From the human T2T-CHM13v2.0 reference genome, Homo sapiens, in NCBI RefSeq assembly GCF_009914755.1, contig NC_060937.1: 64,000 nt of DNA; one strand, 5' to 3'. Positions 62,236 through 64,000 of the stretch are shown piece by piece (within the stretch, counting starts at the first letter, position 1; each line of letters starts with the position of its first letter). The translations under genes were made by a program, and so were the position numbers. The notes under the pieces are model-generated. The model was not told where the DNA came from. It saw nothing but the letters and a program-made list of their open reading frames with translations, and did not search any database.

Positions 62236-62991
62236 GAATGATGAATTTTGTACTTCATTACTTACTAACTCATTTTTCCTGGAAGGAGCTTTCCAAGACC
62301 TTCTAATTCATCTCCCTATCTCCAGAGTTGATTAACTGAGTTTTCCAGGCTTCCAAGAAAAGCATGTTGCATAACACCTGTCTGAAAGTGTTCTACCATC
62401 TACCTTCACTTTGTCTGCTTTGTTATCTCCAGCCCAGTCATACACTTGGACTGTGGGACTGAAATTTCCCCCTAACTAGGAGATGGGAATTACGTTCACT
62501 CAGCTATAATTGCCACTTCCTGGGAAACCCTTTCTCTCTCCTGTTCTTGGGGCACTGCCAGCCAAGTTTCCCATCCCTGAGCCCTCAGTGGGGCTACTTG
62601 CCATCTATCTTCAGCTCCAGGTCACCAACACCAGCACTTTATCTGTGAGCAGCAATAAAATGAATTCATCTCCTATAATGATTTTAAAGGGCCTGTGCTA
62701 TTCTTGGAGTGTGGAGAAGGGAGAGGCTGGGCAAATAGTTCTTTAGGATCTCAAACAAAGGCTTCTTGCTTCTATTAGTTCTCATAAAATTTTTCATGGA
62801 ACTTTATAAAGAATATTGAACAAATCCTCCCTTCCCTTTTGCCCAGAGTCAGGCTATGGAGCAGACTGAACTCCAGGTTGCAGGCCTGGAATTGGTCCTT
62901 GTGTTGCCACTCACTTGCTCTGAGATATTGTGAAAGCCACTCCACCCCACTGAATTTCCATTTTCCGATCTGTAGAGCACTTAGAGCCAAT

Positions 62992-63365
62992 TGTATCTCT
63001 CAGAGTGCAACCAGGGAAACAGAACCAAGGGAGGTATACAGTTAGGGACTGACTGCAAGGAACTGGCTGATACAGTTATGGGGGCTACCAGGGGCAGGCT
63101 GGAGCTCAGGGCGTGAGCCCAGGCTGCCATAACAGTGGCAGTTGTGCCATCTTCTTCAGGAAGCCTCAGCTCTGCTCTTACAGGTTTTCACCTGTTTGGA
63201 TCAGGCCCACCCACGTCAGCCAGGACAATCTCCTTTGCCTAAGGTCAACTGATTATGGACATTAGTCACATTTTCAAAATACCTCACAGCAACCTCTATG
63301 ACTGTTTGGTTGAATAACCTGGGACTGTAGCCTCACCAGGTGGATGCATCAAGGTGACCCTCACA
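62992..63365 (-). mobile_element. MLT2-type (ERV-L) solo LTR
   Basis: GGCCCACCCAC...AAGGTCAACTGATTATGG...CCTCACA; flanks CCAAT/GCAAT. Confidence 0.75.
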
Positions 63366-64000
63366 GCAATGTTTGTTCCTGCCAACCCCGAATAATGGGA
63401 AGTAATACTTCGGAGGTTTTAAACGTGCTCTTTTAGAAGCTTCAGAAATTGATGAAAAGAACCTAAGAATATTAATTTCTAAACTGTGAACATTCAATGC
63501 TCCCATATTAGTTAGCATACATACATATAATTCCACATAGTTGTAATCAGTGTACACAGCAACATAACTTTCTGCTCTTTTCCTTTAACTTTATTTGGTG
63601 TAAGCATGTCCTGGCATTGATATTTTCTACATATTGAGGTCACTTTTCCCAATTATTTTATAGCATTTATTCATGTTAATGTACTATAGTTTTAAGCACT
63701 AGCCCCTTTTTTGGCCATTTGAACAGTTCTAAATGTCTGCAATTTAAAAAGCACTATTGTGAACATATTTACACAAATCAGTGTTTAACTTTTGAGTCAT
63801 TTCACTAAAGTATAATTGGTTCCAAATGTAGAATTACTGGGCCAAAAGATGTAAAGAAGCTTGTAGCCACCATTATGTACAGCTGGATTGCTTTACAGAA
63901 GGACAGGACTGATTCATAACGCATCTAAAAATGTATAAGAACATTTGTTATCCTAAAGCTCTGCTATCATTTCAATGGTTCTTTTCCTAAAATTTATTTA

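Overview
Primate (human-like) genomic DNA, dominated by interspersed repeats: about 35 Alus, a near full-length old L1 (1-7740, minus), L1M/L2/MIR relics, the DNA transposons Ricksha and MER119, and many ERV LTRs (LTR12 x2, LTR7B, MER41 x2, MER4 with internal sequence, MER61, MER11D, MLT2). I recognise no intact, nameable protein-coding gene, RNA gene or CRISPR array, and most listed ORFs are Alu/L1 read-through or chance. The most informative unique sequence is 9.2-14.4 kb, with two overlapping, oppositely oriented spliced-gene candidates: a minus-strand cluster of small exons with stops, and a plus-strand TATA/ATG/exon model. A CpG/ETS promoter-like site lies at about 37.8 kb. Structural oddities include a back-to-back LTR12 pair, an inverted MIR pair sharing private mutations, and an L1 insertion with a fold-back hairpin. 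All repeat names come from recalled consensus sequences, not a database search. I cannot support a claim of a new biological system; these are leads to test.
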